Counted from the first letter of the stretch, positions 38,595-48,469 are shown. The stretch: DNA of 64,000 bases from Acidimicrobiales bacterium (GCA_046331245.1 JAXLRH010000002.1:402587-466586), one strand, 5' to 3'. Notes: generated from the letters alone by a model not told the origin. Numbers and translations: made by a program.

Positions 38595-39298
38595 CCGCCG
38601 ACGGCGCCGACGTGGTCGTCGCGCTCACCGGGGTCGGTCGCACGTTCGACGGCTCGCCGCCGGTCGAGGCGCTGCGTTCGGTCGACCTCGCCGTCACGCG
38701 CGGCGACTACGTGTCGATCGTGGGCCCGTCGGGGTCGGGGAAGTCGACGCTGCTCAACATCCTCGGTCTCCTCGACCGTCCCTCCGCCGGGCGGTACGAG
38801 CTCGACGGGGTGGACGTGAGCTCGCTGAGCGACGGCCAACGCACGGCGGTGCGCGGGCAGCGCATCGGGTTCGTGTTCCAGGCGTTCCATCTCCTGCCGC
38901 ACCGCACCGTGCTCGAGAACGTGATGCTCAGCCAGCTCTACAACCGCACGCCGCCGAAGGAGCGCCGGGAGCGGGCCCGCGACGCCCTCGAGCGCGTCGG
39001 GCTCGGTCATCGCGTGGAGTTCTCACCGACGACGCTGTCGGGCGGTGAGCGGCAGCGCGTCGCGATTGCCCGGGCGATCGTCACCGGGCCGGCACTGCTG
39101 CTCGGCGACGAGCCGACCGGCAACCTCGACTCGGCGACCACCCGTTCGATCCTCGAGCTCTTCGACGAGCTGCACGCCGATGGGCTCACGTTGATGGTGA
39201 TCACCCACGACCACGAGGTGAGCGAACGCGCCGCCCGCGTCGTGACGATGACCGACGGCGTGCTGCTCGACCCGACGCTCGCGACGGCCGGCGCATGA
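38591..39298 (+). CDS. ABC transporter ATP-binding protein (MacB/LolD-like)
   Basis: GPSGSGKSTL, LSGGERQRVAIARA, DEPTGNLD. GTGA overlap with the upstream gene. Confidence 0.9.
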   Translation: MTADGADVVVALTGVGRTFDGSPPVEALRSVDLAVTRGDYVSIVGPSGSGKSTLLNILGLLDRPSAGRYELDGVDVSSLSDGQRTAVRGQRIGFVFQAFHLLPHRTVLENVMLSQLYNRTPPKERRERARDALERVGLGHRVEFSPTTLSGGERQRVAIARAIVTGPALLLGDEPTGNLDSATTRSILELFDELHADGLTLMVITHDHEVSERAARVVTMTDGVLLDPTLATAGA

Positions 39299-40479
39299 GC
39301 GGGTCACGGCTCGCAGCACGCGACCTCGTCGCCGAGGCGACGGCGGGCGTGCTGGCGCGTCCGGCCCGAGCGATCCTCACTGCGCTCGGCACGGTGCTCG
39401 GCGTCGCGGCCCTCGTGAGCACGCTCGGCCTGGCGAAGACCGCCGGCAATCAGATCGTGACCCGGTTCGACGAGCTCGACGCCACCGACGTCGTCGTCAC
39501 GGCGTCCCGTGGCACGATGCCGCTCGACGCGGAGGCGCGACTCACCCGCCTCAACGGTGTGCGCGCCGCCGGCACGATGAGCGAGGTCGACATCGGCGGC
39601 AGGCTCGCCAGCTCCGTCCCCGTCGACGACCCGCTCGCGTCGAACGAGCTCCCGATCACCGTGCAGGCGGGGTCGCCCGGGCTCTTCCGGGCCGTCCGTG
39701 CGAGCCTCCGCACCGGCCGCTACTTCGACGCCTCCCAGAACGACCTCCCGGTCGCCGTGCTCGGCCCCGGCGCCGCAGCCGACCTCCGCATCAACCGGGT
39801 CGACCAGCAGCCGGCGATCTTCATCGGCGATCTCACGTTCGTGGTCATCGGCATCCTCGACGACGTCGACCGTCGGAGCGAGCTCCTCGACGCGATCGTC
39901 GTGCCGAACGGCATCGCGGCGGCCGACTTCGGCCTGACGGGTGCTAGTTCGGTGCAGATCGACACGAGGGTCGGCGCCGCACGACTCATCGGACGGCAGG
40001 CGCCGATCGCCCTCGCCCCGAACAACCCGAAGCGGCTCCACGCCGAGGTGCCGCCACAGAACGACGCGGTGAAGGGTCAGGTGCAGGGCGACGTGAACGC
40101 GCTGTTCCTCCTGCTGGGCGCGGTGTCACTGCTGGTCGGCGCGCTGGGGATCGCCAACGTGACGCTGGTGTCGGTGCTCGAACGGGTCGGCGAGATCGGG
40201 CTCCGTCGTGCGGTGGGCGCCGCCCGGCGCCACATCGCCGCGCAGTTCCTGCTGGAGTCCACGATGCTCGGGTTCTTCGGCGGTCTGATCGGCACCACGC
40301 TGGCCGTCATCACCATCGTGGTGGTGGCAAAGGTGAAGACCTGGGTGCCGGTGCTCGACGCGTGGCTGCCGATTGCAGCGCCCTTCGCCGGGGCGTTGGT
40401 GGGGCTCGTCTCCGGGATCTACCCGTCCTGGCGCGCCGCATCGGTGGAGCCGATCACCGCGCTGCGATCAGGTCTCTGA
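39295..40479 (+). CDS. ABC transporter permease (FtsX/MacB-like)
   Basis: N-terminal TM, large extracytoplasmic loop, 3 C-terminal TM. ATGA overlap with the ATPase. Confidence 0.85.
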   Translation: MSGSRLAARDLVAEATAGVLARPARAILTALGTVLGVAALVSTLGLAKTAGNQIVTRFDELDATDVVVTASRGTMPLDAEARLTRLNGVRAAGTMSEVDIGGRLASSVPVDDPLASNELPITVQAGSPGLFRAVRASLRTGRYFDASQNDLPVAVLGPGAAADLRINRVDQQPAIFIGDLTFVVIGILDDVDRRSELLDAIVVPNGIAAADFGLTGASSVQIDTRVGAARLIGRQAPIALAPNNPKRLHAEVPPQNDAVKGQVQGDVNALFLLLGAVSLLVGALGIANVTLVSVLERVGEIGLRRAVGAARRHIAAQFLLESTMLGFFGGLIGTTLAVITIVVVAKVKTWVPVLDAWLPIAAPFAGALVGLVSGIYPSWRAASVEPITALRSGL

Positions 40480-40486
40480 CGCCGGC

Positions 40487-42244
40487 TCAGCGAGACAGCG
40501 CCGGCCCGAGATCGCTCAGATCCTTCCACCCGTCGCGGCCGGAGACCTCCACCACCTCGACGCGGGGGTGGGCCGCGGCGACGGCGGCGACGGCGTCGTC
40601 GTAGGCGGCGATGGCCGCCAGCCGGTCGGCACGCGGTCGCTGCCGGGGATCGATGAGCGACGACCAGTCGTCGATGCGGACGATCGCCGCGCGTGTCGCC
40701 GAGTCGCCGGCCTCGACGATGCGAACCTGCCGTTCGAGCAGGGCGCGGTAGCGGCGAGCTCGGCGCTCGGGCGTCTCGGGCCGTGCCGGTTCCAACGTGT
40801 CCCAGTAGCCGGCACCGATGAGCACGACGGCGGGGCGGAAACGGGCGATTCCCCGCGTCCAGCGGTCCGACCAGTGCCGGCAGAACTCGTCGATCTCGTA
40901 CTGCCGCCCGTCGTCGAGGAGCGGCGTCGACGTGTCGCCGGGACAGCCCGGATCGGCGAGCGACCACACCGCGTACGCGTCGTCGCGTCGCAGCCCGTTG
41001 GCGATGGCCGCGCCGACCAGGTCGCCGGTGACCAGCACCCGCTGCTGACCGGGCCGCACGGCCGGCGGGCGGTCGATGGCGTCCCACTGGCCGGCGAGAT
41101 CGTCGCGGGTGTCCATCATGAGCGGGATGAGCGCGACGGCGGCGACGGCGTACCCGGCCACGACCAGAGCCGGGCGCAGGGGTATCCGGCCGCGGCGGAA
41201 GGGTTCCTCGACGAATCGGTACGACACCTCGACCAGCACGGCGAGCACGACGAACCGGAGCACCTGCAGCGCCGGTCCGTCGAAGCCGAGCCGTCGCGTC
41301 GACAGGATGCGCAGCACCGGGATGTGCCACAGGTAGACGCCGTAGCTCACCTGGCCGAGGTGCCGCACCGGCGGCCACTCGAGCACGGCGCTCAGCCACC
41401 TGGGCGCCTGCGCCGAGGCGAACACCAGCGACGCCGCGGCGAGGCAGACGAGCAGGAAGCCCCACGGGTACATCCAGTCGTCGCCGGGCTCGGCGAGCGC
41501 GGCGAACGCGACGAGCCCGGCGAGCCCGACCACCGCGGCGCCGTGCACGAGCGCTTGCCGCCGTGTGGCGGACGGGCCCACGGCGAGGCCGGACAGCGCC
41601 AGGGCCGCGCCGATGAGCAGCTCGAAGGCGCGGGTGTCGGTGCGGAAGTACGCCATGACGCCGCCGACCACGCCCATCGCCGCCGCCGACGCGGCGATGC
41701 CGACCAGCACCACGGCCACGCGCGCGGCCACCGAGCGCACCCGTCGGAACAACAGCCAACCGATCAGCGGCCACAGCAGGTAGAACTGCTCCTCGATCGC
41801 CAGCGACCACAGGTGGTCGAGGACGGTGCGGGAGTTGTGCAGCCACACCCGTGACCCTCCGAACACCGCCTCCACCAGGTTGGTGGTCCACGTGAGCGCG
41901 CCCACGGAGTCGGCGAACTGCCGGGCCGACCCCGTGTCGGTGACGGCCGCCGCGATCGCCGTCACCACGACGAGCACGACGACGGCGGGAACGAGACGTC
42001 GTACCCGGCGGCCCCAGAACGCGCCCAGGTCGATGCGGCCCACCCGTGCATGCTCCGCCTGCAGGATGCCGGTGATCAGGAAGCCCGACATCACGAAGAA
42101 CACGTCGACACCGATGAAGCCGCCGGGCACCACGTCGGGCCAGTAGTGGAAGAGGACGACGGCCACCACGGCGAGCGCCCGGACGCCGTCGAGCGCGGGC
42201 AGATACGACCAGGTGGAGCGACCGTCGTCGCCGGCGGAGCTCAC
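40487..42244 (-). CDS. acyltransferase-3 family membrane O-acyltransferase with C-terminal SGNH hydrolase domain (OatA-like)
   Basis: AT3 core LDGVRALAVVAVVLFHY, then an SGNH-like domain. The GTG start overlaps the ilvA stop. Confidence 0.8.
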   Translation of the reverse strand: MSSAGDDGRSTWSYLPALDGVRALAVVAVVLFHYWPDVVPGGFIGVDVFFVMSGFLITGILQAEHARVGRIDLGAFWGRRVRRLVPAVVVLVVVTAIAAAVTDTGSARQFADSVGALTWTTNLVEAVFGGSRVWLHNSRTVLDHLWSLAIEEQFYLLWPLIGWLLFRRVRSVAARVAVVLVGIAASAAAMGVVGGVMAYFRTDTRAFELLIGAALALSGLAVGPSATRRQALVHGAAVVGLAGLVAFAALAEPGDDWMYPWGFLLVCLAAASLVFASAQAPRWLSAVLEWPPVRHLGQVSYGVYLWHIPVLRILSTRRLGFDGPALQVLRFVVLAVLVEVSYRFVEEPFRRGRIPLRPALVVAGYAVAAVALIPLMMDTRDDLAGQWDAIDRPPAVRPGQQRVLVTGDLVGAAIANGLRRDDAYAVWSLADPGCPGDTSTPLLDDGRQYEIDEFCRHWSDRWTRGIARFRPAVVLIGAGYWDTLEPARPETPERRARRYRALLERQVRIVEAGDSATRAAIVRIDDWSSLIDPRQRPRADRLAAIAAYDDAVAAVAAAHPRVEVVEVSGRDGWKDLSDLGPALSR

Positions 42245-43443
42245 TCCACGATCTCGACGTCGAAGCCCTTGTCGCGGAACGCGCGGAGGACGTCGTGTCG
42301 GTGTTCGTCGTCGCGGGTCTCGAGCACGACCAGGATCTCGACGGCGTTCACAGCCAGTCGCATCCCGGAGCGATGATGCTCGACGTCGACCACGTTGAGG
42401 CGCATCGCCGCGAACTCCGCCGTGAGCTCGGCGAGCGAGCCGGGGCGGTCGGTCGTGACGAAGCGGAGCCGCAGGAACCGGCCGAGCGCGCTGAGGCCGT
42501 GCTCGATGCACTTGCCGAGGAGGAGCGGGTCGACATTGCCGCCGCCGAGCACGAGCGCCGTCGGGCCCACGTCGGGGCCGAGCCGGTTCGCGAGCGCGGC
42601 GGCAAGCGTCGCGGCGCCGGCCGGCTCCACCACCGCCTTCGCGCGTTCGAGCAACAGGAGCATGGCGGCGGTGATGTCGTCGTCGGACACGTCGACCACC
42701 TCGTCCACGAACGCCCGCACGTGCGACAGCGTGAGCTCGGTGGGTGCCTTGAGCGCGATGCCGTCGGCGATGGTGGACGGCGCCACGGACTGGGGTGTGC
42801 CCGCGGCGAGCGAGGCGATCATCGACGATGCGCCGCTCGCGGTGACGCCGATCACGCGCACCTCGGGACGACTCAGCTTGATCGCTGCGGCGACACCCCC
42901 GCACAGGCCGCCGCCGCCGATGGCCACGGCGACGGTCGAGAGGCCCGGCACCTCGTCGAGCAACTCGAGGCCGATCGTGCCCTGTCCCGCCACGATGTCG
43001 GGATGGTCGAAGGGCGGAACGAAGATGCCCTCGTGGTCGGCTGCGAACCGCTTGGCGGCGTCGATGCAGTCGTCCACCGTCGCACCGCCGAGCACGACGT
43101 CCGCGCCGTAGCCCTTCGTCGCCGTCACCTTCGGTAGGGACGCGTCGCCGGGCATGAAGATCGTGGCGCGATGGCCCAGCAGCTGCGCGGCCAGCGCGAC
43201 GCCCTGGGCGTGGTTGCCGGCCGAGCCCGCGACCACGTGCGACCGGGGTGGGAGGCGGCTCAGGCGGTGGTAGGCGCCGCGGATCTTGAACGAGCCCGTG
43301 CGCTGGAGGTACTCCGGCTTCAGCCAGACCTCACGCCTGACGCGGAGCGACAGCGAGTGCGAGCGCGTCGCCGGCGTGGCGCTGACGACGCCGCGGATCG
43401 AGGCTCGGGCGGCCTCGAAGTCAGCGAGTGCGAGCAAGCTCAT
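42241..43443 (-). CDS. ilvA: threonine ammonia-lyase (threonine dehydratase, single ACT domain)
   Basis: PLP-lysine SFKIRGA, GGGGL loop, C-terminal ACT. 400 aa. Confidence 0.9.
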   Translation of the reverse strand: MSLLALADFEAARASIRGVVSATPATRSHSLSLRVRREVWLKPEYLQRTGSFKIRGAYHRLSRLPPRSHVVAGSAGNHAQGVALAAQLLGHRATIFMPGDASLPKVTATKGYGADVVLGGATVDDCIDAAKRFAADHEGIFVPPFDHPDIVAGQGTIGLELLDEVPGLSTVAVAIGGGGLCGGVAAAIKLSRPEVRVIGVTASGASSMIASLAAGTPQSVAPSTIADGIALKAPTELTLSHVRAFVDEVVDVSDDDITAAMLLLLERAKAVVEPAGAATLAAALANRLGPDVGPTALVLGGGNVDPLLLGKCIEHGLSALGRFLRLRFVTTDRPGSLAELTAEFAAMRLNVVDVEHHRSGMRLAVNAVEILVVLETRDDEHRHDVLRAFRDKGFDVEIVE

Positions 43444-43711
43444 CGATGCGCTCCGCCAGGCGGATGTCGCGGGCGGTGACCGCACCGGCGTCGTGGCTCC
43501 ACAGCTCGATCTCGACCTCGTTGTAGACGTTCGACCAGTTGGGGTGGTGATCGGCCTTCTCGGCGGCCAGCGCGACCGACGCCATGAACCCGAACGCCTC
43601 CGCGAAGTCGGCGAACCGGAACGAGCGACGCAGCCGACCGTCGACGAGCGCCCAGCCGGCCGGCGGCGCGAGGTCGTCACCGTCGGGGGTCGTGGGGTCG
43701 TCGGGGGGCAT
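43421..43711 (-). CDS. 4a-hydroxytetrahydrobiopterin dehydratase (PCD/DCoH)
   Basis: ...[44 protein letters not shown] matches the PCD signature. The inner ATG avoids collision with the divergent gene at 43750. Confidence 0.75.
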   Translation of the reverse strand: MPPDDPTTPDGDDLAPPAGWALVDGRLRRSFRFADFAEAFGFMASVALAAEKADHHPNWSNVYNEVEIELWSHDAGAVTARDIRLAERIDELARTR

Positions 43712-43749
43712 GGCCCCATTCTGGTCGAGCGCCGTTAGGGTCTGGGGCC

Positions 43750-44178
43750 ATGGCTCACGTGCGTTCGGCAATCCTCTGCGACTTCGCCCAGGTACGAGAG
43801 GGCCTGCTGTTCGTGTCGTCCGGCGGCATCACCCGCATCGCGGCGCCCGGCATCGGCGCCCCCGTCTCGTTCTCCGTCGCCGGCGAGCTCGAGGTGCTCC
43901 CACTCGAGGCCGGCTCGACCCACGAGGTCGCCTTCAAGGTGTCGGCCGTCGAGACGTCCACCACGGTGTGGGAGGCCACGCTGTCCATCAGCACGAGCAG
44001 CTCGCCCGACGGGTTGTTCCCCGGCGAGAGCCTGCACGTGCCGTTCGCGTTCCCGGTCGGGCCGTTCGCCGCGGAGACCTTCGGGCCGCACGACCTGAAG
44101 GTGAGCATCGACAACGCCGAGACCGAGCTGCTGACCTTCTACCTGCTGCAGATGGTCACCAACGAGGACCTCACCTGA
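43750..44178 (+). CDS. hypothetical protein
   Basis: 142 aa, coding-like composition, no recognisable domain. Confidence 0.5.
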   Translation: MAHVRSAILCDFAQVREGLLFVSSGGITRIAAPGIGAPVSFSVAGELEVLPLEAGSTHEVAFKVSAVETSTTVWEATLSISTSSSPDGLFPGESLHVPFAFPVGPFAAETFGPHDLKVSIDNAETELLTFYLLQMVTNEDLT

Positions 44179-44193
44179 CCAACCCCCCCCACC

Positions 44194-44246
44194 CCGGTTT
44201 CGGGGGTTCGTTGTGCGCGAGGGTGCACAACGAACCCCGAAACCGG
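44194..44246. repeat. palindromic element copy A: CCGGTTTCGGGGGTTCGTTGTG-cgcgagggtg-CACAACGAACCCCGAAACCGG
   Basis: 21/22-bp near-perfect inverted arms with a 10-nt spacer, between convergent genes. Flanked by a C8 run upstream and (CGGGAA)3 downstream. Confidence 0.7.
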
Positions 44247-44279
44247 AGAAATGGGGAGCGGGAACGGGAACGGGCGGCG

Positions 44280-45032
44280 CTAGTCCGCGAAGGTCCAGCG
44301 CACCTCGACGGTGACCGCCGTCTGCACCTCGCCCGCCTGGATGGGCGTGGCCGCACGGTCGGCCTGCGCCGCGTAGGCCAACGGCGTGGACACCGGCGGC
44401 GTCGTCGTGTCGGTCTGTGAGATCGACACGACCTGACCGAGCTTGCGGCCCGACAGCTTCGCGAACTGCTCGGCCTTCTTCCTGGCGTCGGCGAAGGCCT
44501 TGTCGCGGGCTCCGGCGAGGGCGGCCTCGTCGTCGTCGAGGCGGAACGACACCCCCGACACGACGGCGTCGGAGCCACCGGCGGCGGTCGCCGCGTCGAT
44601 GACGGCGCCCACCTTGTCGACGGCGCGCACCTTGGCGATCACCTGGTTGGAGACACGGAAGCCGTCGGCCACCGGACCGGAGTCGGGGTACCGGAACTCC
44701 TGGTTGATCGAGTAGTTCGTGGTCTGCACGTCCTTCTCGGCGACGCCCGCCGCCTTCAACGCGTCGATGAGCTTCGTCGCCGACGTCGCTGCGTCGTTGA
44801 TCGCCGCCGGCGCGGTCGGCCGCTTGACCGACACGCCGATCGAGACGGACACGGTGTCGGGCACGCCGCTCACCTTGCCGGTGCCGGACACGACGATGCC
44901 GTGCTGGGAGCCCGAGGGATCGTTGGTCACGTTCACGACCGGAGCCTTCCCCGTCGACTGGCCGGAGCATCCGACGGCGACGAGCGCCAGGCCGGCGAGG
45001 CCGACGGAACAGACGGTGCGGATTCTGGACAT
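44280..45032 (-). CDS. SIMPL-domain (DUF541) lipoprotein
   Basis: Lipobox LVAVGCSG. SIMPL-like body. Confidence 0.8.
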   Translation of the reverse strand: MSRIRTVCSVGLAGLALVAVGCSGQSTGKAPVVNVTNDPSGSQHGIVVSGTGKVSGVPDTVSVSIGVSVKRPTAPAAINDAATSATKLIDALKAAGVAEKDVQTTNYSINQEFRYPDSGPVADGFRVSNQVIAKVRAVDKVGAVIDAATAAGGSDAVVSGVSFRLDDDEAALAGARDKAFADARKKAEQFAKLSGRKLGQVVSISQTDTTTPPVSTPLAYAAQADRAATPIQAGEVQTAVTVEVRWTFAD

Positions 45033-45099
45033 GGGGTGACCTCCATCGATCGGTGCTGATCGTTGGACGTCGCCGCCGTCACGGAAGTTCCCGGGTTGC

Positions 45100-45912
45100 T
45101 CAGAGGCCGAGCGGATCGGCGAAGGGATCGGCGAACGGGTCGTCGGCGGCAGCCACGGCAGCCGGCGCGTCGTCCCCTCCGGCCTCCTCCACCCACCGGG
45201 CGTAGCCGCTCTCCTCCAGCGTCTCGGCGAGCTCCGGCCCGCCCGACTCGAGGATGCGGCCCTTGGCGAAGATGTGCACCACGTCGGCGTGCAGCTTCTC
45301 GAGGAGCCGGTTGTAGTGGGTGACCGCGATCACGCCGAGGCCCCATTCCGAGGTGGCCTCCTCGACGCGCTGCGACACCTGCGCGAGCGCGTCCACGTCG
45401 AGGCCGGAGTCGATCTCGTCGAGGATCGCGAACTTCGGGCGGAGCACGGCGAGCTGCAGGGTCTCGTTGCGCTTCTTCTCGCCACCGGAGAAGTCGACGT
45501 TGAGGGAACGGCTGAGGAACGCCTCGTCGAGACCGACGCGCTTCGCCTCGGCCCGGAGGTCGGCATCGAAGGTCGTGCCGGAGCGGTGCTGGGCGGCGAG
45601 CGACTCGGTGAGCACGGACTGGAGCGACACGCCGGGCACCTCGGTCGGGTACTGCATGCCGAGGAAGAGACCGGCCTGCGCCCGCTCGTGGGGCGCCAGC
45701 GCTGCGAGATCCACGCCGTCGAGCAGCATCGAGCCGCCGGTGACGACATAGCCGGGCCGGCCCATGAGCACGTGGCTGAGGGTGGACTTGCCCGAGCCGT
45801 TCGGGCCCATGATCGCGTGCACCTCGCCGCTGCGGACCGTGAGGTCGACGCCGGTGAGGATCGGGCGGCCCGCGACCTCGGCGGTGAGACCGGAGATGAC
45901 GAGCTCGCTCAC
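45100..45912 (-). CDS. sufC: Fe-S cluster assembly ATPase SufC (copy 2)
   Basis: GTG start VSELVISGLTAEV. EVHAIMGPNGSGKSTL, FSGGEKKRNETLQ. GTGA overlap with the Rieske gene. Confidence 0.88.
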   Translation of the reverse strand: MSELVISGLTAEVAGRPILTGVDLTVRSGEVHAIMGPNGSGKSTLSHVLMGRPGYVVTGGSMLLDGVDLAALAPHERAQAGLFLGMQYPTEVPGVSLQSVLTESLAAQHRSGTTFDADLRAEAKRVGLDEAFLSRSLNVDFSGGEKKRNETLQLAVLRPKFAILDEIDSGLDVDALAQVSQRVEEATSEWGLGVIAVTHYNRLLEKLHADVVHIFAKGRILESGGPELAETLEESGYARWVEEAGGDDAPAAVAAADDPFADPFADPLGL

Positions 45913-46238
45913 GACACCACCACCGACACGTCGTCGCCGTCGACGACGACCTCGTACACCGCGACCGGACGCGTCGCCGGCAGCGACGTCGCCTCGCCGG
46001 TCTCGAGGTCGAACCCCGAGCCGTGCTTCGGGCACTCCAGCGTGCCCATGTCGTCGTCCACCTCGCCCTCCGACAACGAGACGTCCTGGTGGCTGCAGCG
46101 GTCGGACAGCGCGTACACCTGGTCGCCGAGGCGCACCACGGCGAGCTCACGGTCGCCGATCACGAACTTGCGGACGCCGCCGTCGACGAGGTCGTCGATC
46201 GTGCACAGCGGGTGCCGGACTCCTGGGGAGACGCTCAT
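45909..46238 (-). CDS. Rieske [2Fe-2S] ferredoxin-like protein
   Basis: CSHQ...CPKHG Rieske boxes, 109 aa. ATGA overlap with sufD. GGAGG RBS. Confidence 0.85.
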   Translation of the reverse strand: MSVSPGVRHPLCTIDDLVDGGVRKFVIGDRELAVVRLGDQVYALSDRCSHQDVSLSEGEVDDDMGTLECPKHGSGFDLETGEATSLPATRPVAVYEVVVDGDDVSVVVS

Positions 46239-47524
46239 CGGGTTCCTCCGAGCTTGGCGGCGATCAACGGACGGACGAGCTCGGCCACGGACGGCACCGA
46301 CACGGCGTCGAGCACCTCCTCGAAGAAACCGTTGACGACGAGCCGCTCGGCCACCTCGGGCGGGACGCCGCGGCTCTCGAGGTAGAAGCGCTGGTCCTCG
46401 TCGATGGGACCGACGGCGGTCGCGTGTGCACAGCGGACGTCGTTGTGGTTGATCTCGAGGTTGGGCACCGACTCGGCCCAGGCGTCGTCGGACAACTTGA
46501 TGACCCGGTTGGTCTGCGTGGCGTTGGAACCACGACCCTCGTGGTCGACCCGGATCATGCCGGTGTAGACGGCGTGGGCACGGTCGTCGAGCGCCCCCTT
46601 GAACAGGAGCTCCGACGTGGTGTCGCGGGCCTCGTGCGTCTGGAACGTGCGGAGGTCGTGCATCTGGTCGTCGTCGCCGAGGTAGAGCGCCGAGAGGCGG
46701 CCCGTGGCCCCCCGCCCGACGAGGCGGCAGTCGAAGCGGTTGCGGGCGTAGGCGCCACCGAGCGCGACGTGGGCCAGCCGAACCGTCGCCTCCTGGGCGA
46801 CGGTGGCGGACAGCGCGCCGAGCTGGTTGGTCGCGCCGCCGAGCGCGTTGACGGTGGTCACGCCGACCCGGGCGGCGGGGGCCACTGCGATCTCGACGCG
46901 GGGCACGACGGTGGCCTCGACGTCGGTCGAGGTCGTCCACTCGACGACGTCGAACTGCGAGTTCTCGCCGGCCACGATCACGAGCCGGTTGAGCACGAGC
47001 GCCTGATCGGCGTCGACGACACCGATCACCTGGAACGGGAGGTCGACCACCACGTTGCGCGGCACGGACAGGAGCAGGGGGTCGACGCCGAACGCGACGT
47101 TGAGCTCGGTGAACGCGTCCACGACGGCGACGTGCTCGCTGCTGCCGACGGTGGCGGCGACCTCGGACCCGCCGAGCTCGTCGGCGGACTCCGACAGGAG
47201 GCCGAAGCGGACGCCGAGCTCGGCGATCTCGGGCGCGAGCTCGGCGCTCACGAGGTGCCCGTTGTGGTGCACGAGGCGGCCGGCGTACTTGCCGAGACCG
47301 TCCGACAGCGTGAGCGCCCCGTCGGGAACGACCTCGGACGTCGCCGGCACGGTGAAGCGGTCGAGCTCGATGTCGCCGACGCGGCTGTAGCGCCACTCCT
47401 CGAGCGAGGGATCGGGCAGCGGCGTCACCGCGAAGCGCTCGGCGGCGGCGACGCGCTGCGCCGTCAGCCAGGCAGGGCCGGGCAGGGAGCTGGCACGTGT
47501 GGGGGTGAATGCGTCGGCAGTCAC
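46235..47524 (-). CDS. sufD: Fe-S cluster assembly protein SufD
   Basis: 429 aa, SufD beta-helix with the conserved C-terminal region. Confidence 0.88.
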   Translation of the reverse strand: MTADAFTPTRASSLPGPAWLTAQRVAAAERFAVTPLPDPSLEEWRYSRVGDIELDRFTVPATSEVVPDGALTLSDGLGKYAGRLVHHNGHLVSAELAPEIAELGVRFGLLSESADELGGSEVAATVGSSEHVAVVDAFTELNVAFGVDPLLLSVPRNVVVDLPFQVIGVVDADQALVLNRLVIVAGENSQFDVVEWTTSTDVEATVVPRVEIAVAPAARVGVTTVNALGGATNQLGALSATVAQEATVRLAHVALGGAYARNRFDCRLVGRGATGRLSALYLGDDDQMHDLRTFQTHEARDTTSELLFKGALDDRAHAVYTGMIRVDHEGRGSNATQTNRVIKLSDDAWAESVPNLEINHNDVRCAHATAVGPIDEDQRFYLESRGVPPEVAERLVVNGFFEEVLDAVSVPSVAELVRPLIAAKLGGTR

Positions 47525-47600
47525 GACAGGGTTCCTGGGGGTCGAGCGGGGCCGTCGAATAAGTCCGACGGCGATAGGAGAAATCCTAGTGGGACTGGAC

Positions 47601-48053
47601 TCACTCGGGCCAAGCGTCGAGGATGGCCGTGAACTCGTCGGCGGTGAGCGCCACCGGGCTCGACACCCGCGGCGCCCGCACGATCTCGCACCGGCCGAAC
47701 CGCTCGTCGGCCACGAGCTCGCGCAGCCGCACCGGAGCGTCGAGCAGGTCGAGATCGAGCCCCACCCACGGCTGCTCCGACTCGTTGCGGCTCGACGGCT
47801 GCACGTAGGGCTCGCTCGACACCTCGCCGATCCCCCACACGCCCGTCGTCGGGGCGTTGCGGCCCCCGGTCACCCAGAGCACGCACGGGTGGCCCGGGTG
47901 CACCAGGTCGACGCGGTAGTTGTCGACCATCGGCCACGCGTCGATGGGCTCGCCGGCGCGGATCGCGCCGACCACGTCCCAGACGACCGGATTGGCCTTG
48001 AACAGCCACGCCGCGACCTCGGTGCCGTCCCGCAACCGGGCGACGGGTTCCAT
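47601..48053 (-). CDS. EVE (PUA-like) domain protein
   Basis: 150 aa with EVE-fold hallmarks (WLFKANP..., conserved W/Y positions). Confidence 0.75.
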   Translation of the reverse strand: MEPVARLRDGTEVAAWLFKANPVVWDVVGAIRAGEPIDAWPMVDNYRVDLVHPGHPCVLWVTGGRNAPTTGVWGIGEVSSEPYVQPSSRNESEQPWVGLDLDLLDAPVRLRELVADERFGRCEIVRAPRVSSPVALTADEFTAILDAWPE

Positions 48054-48066
48054 CGACGCGATGACG

Positions 48067-48447
48067 TCAGCCCCGACGGAACCAGCGACGCCAGCCGCGC
48101 TGGTCGCCGCCCGGGCGGCCGGGCCGGAACCCCGACGTGTCGGGACGGGTGGCGTCCACCTCGGCCCGCGTGCGCTCGACGGCGGCGTTCACGATGTTCT
48201 CCGCCTCGTCGAGGAGGTCGCCGATGGACGGATCGACCCCGACGCTCGCGGGCTCGGCCGGCGTCGGCGGAGCGATCAGCGAACCGTGCGACCAGTTCAC
48301 GTCCGCGAGGCGCGGCTGATAGGCGGGGCAGTTGTCGGGGCAGCGCCACGGCGCCTCCGGGGCGAGGTCGAGGTCGCATTTCCGCACGGACTCACCCGTG
48401 GGATAGGTGCGGCTCTCGTAGAACTTGCATCCCTCGCGCATCGGCAT
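48067..48447 (-). CDS. small Cys4 protein of unknown function
   Basis: MPMREGCKFYESRTYPTGESVRKCDLDLAPEAPWRCPDNCPAY carries a C-x16-C-x11-C-x3-C pattern. Ends 13 nt upstream of the EVE gene. Confidence 0.55.
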   Translation of the reverse strand: MPMREGCKFYESRTYPTGESVRKCDLDLAPEAPWRCPDNCPAYQPRLADVNWSHGSLIAPPTPAEPASVGVDPSIGDLLDEAENIVNAAVERTRAEVDATRPDTSGFRPGRPGGDQRGWRRWFRRG

Positions 48448-48469
48448 CGAGCCATTGTAGGTTTGCGCG

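Noticed and set aside
44194-44246. tRNA-like GGTTCG T-loop resemblance within the palindromic arms
   Set aside because: No acceptor stem, anticodon arm or CCA context. The sequence is a simple long dyad, not a cloverleaf.
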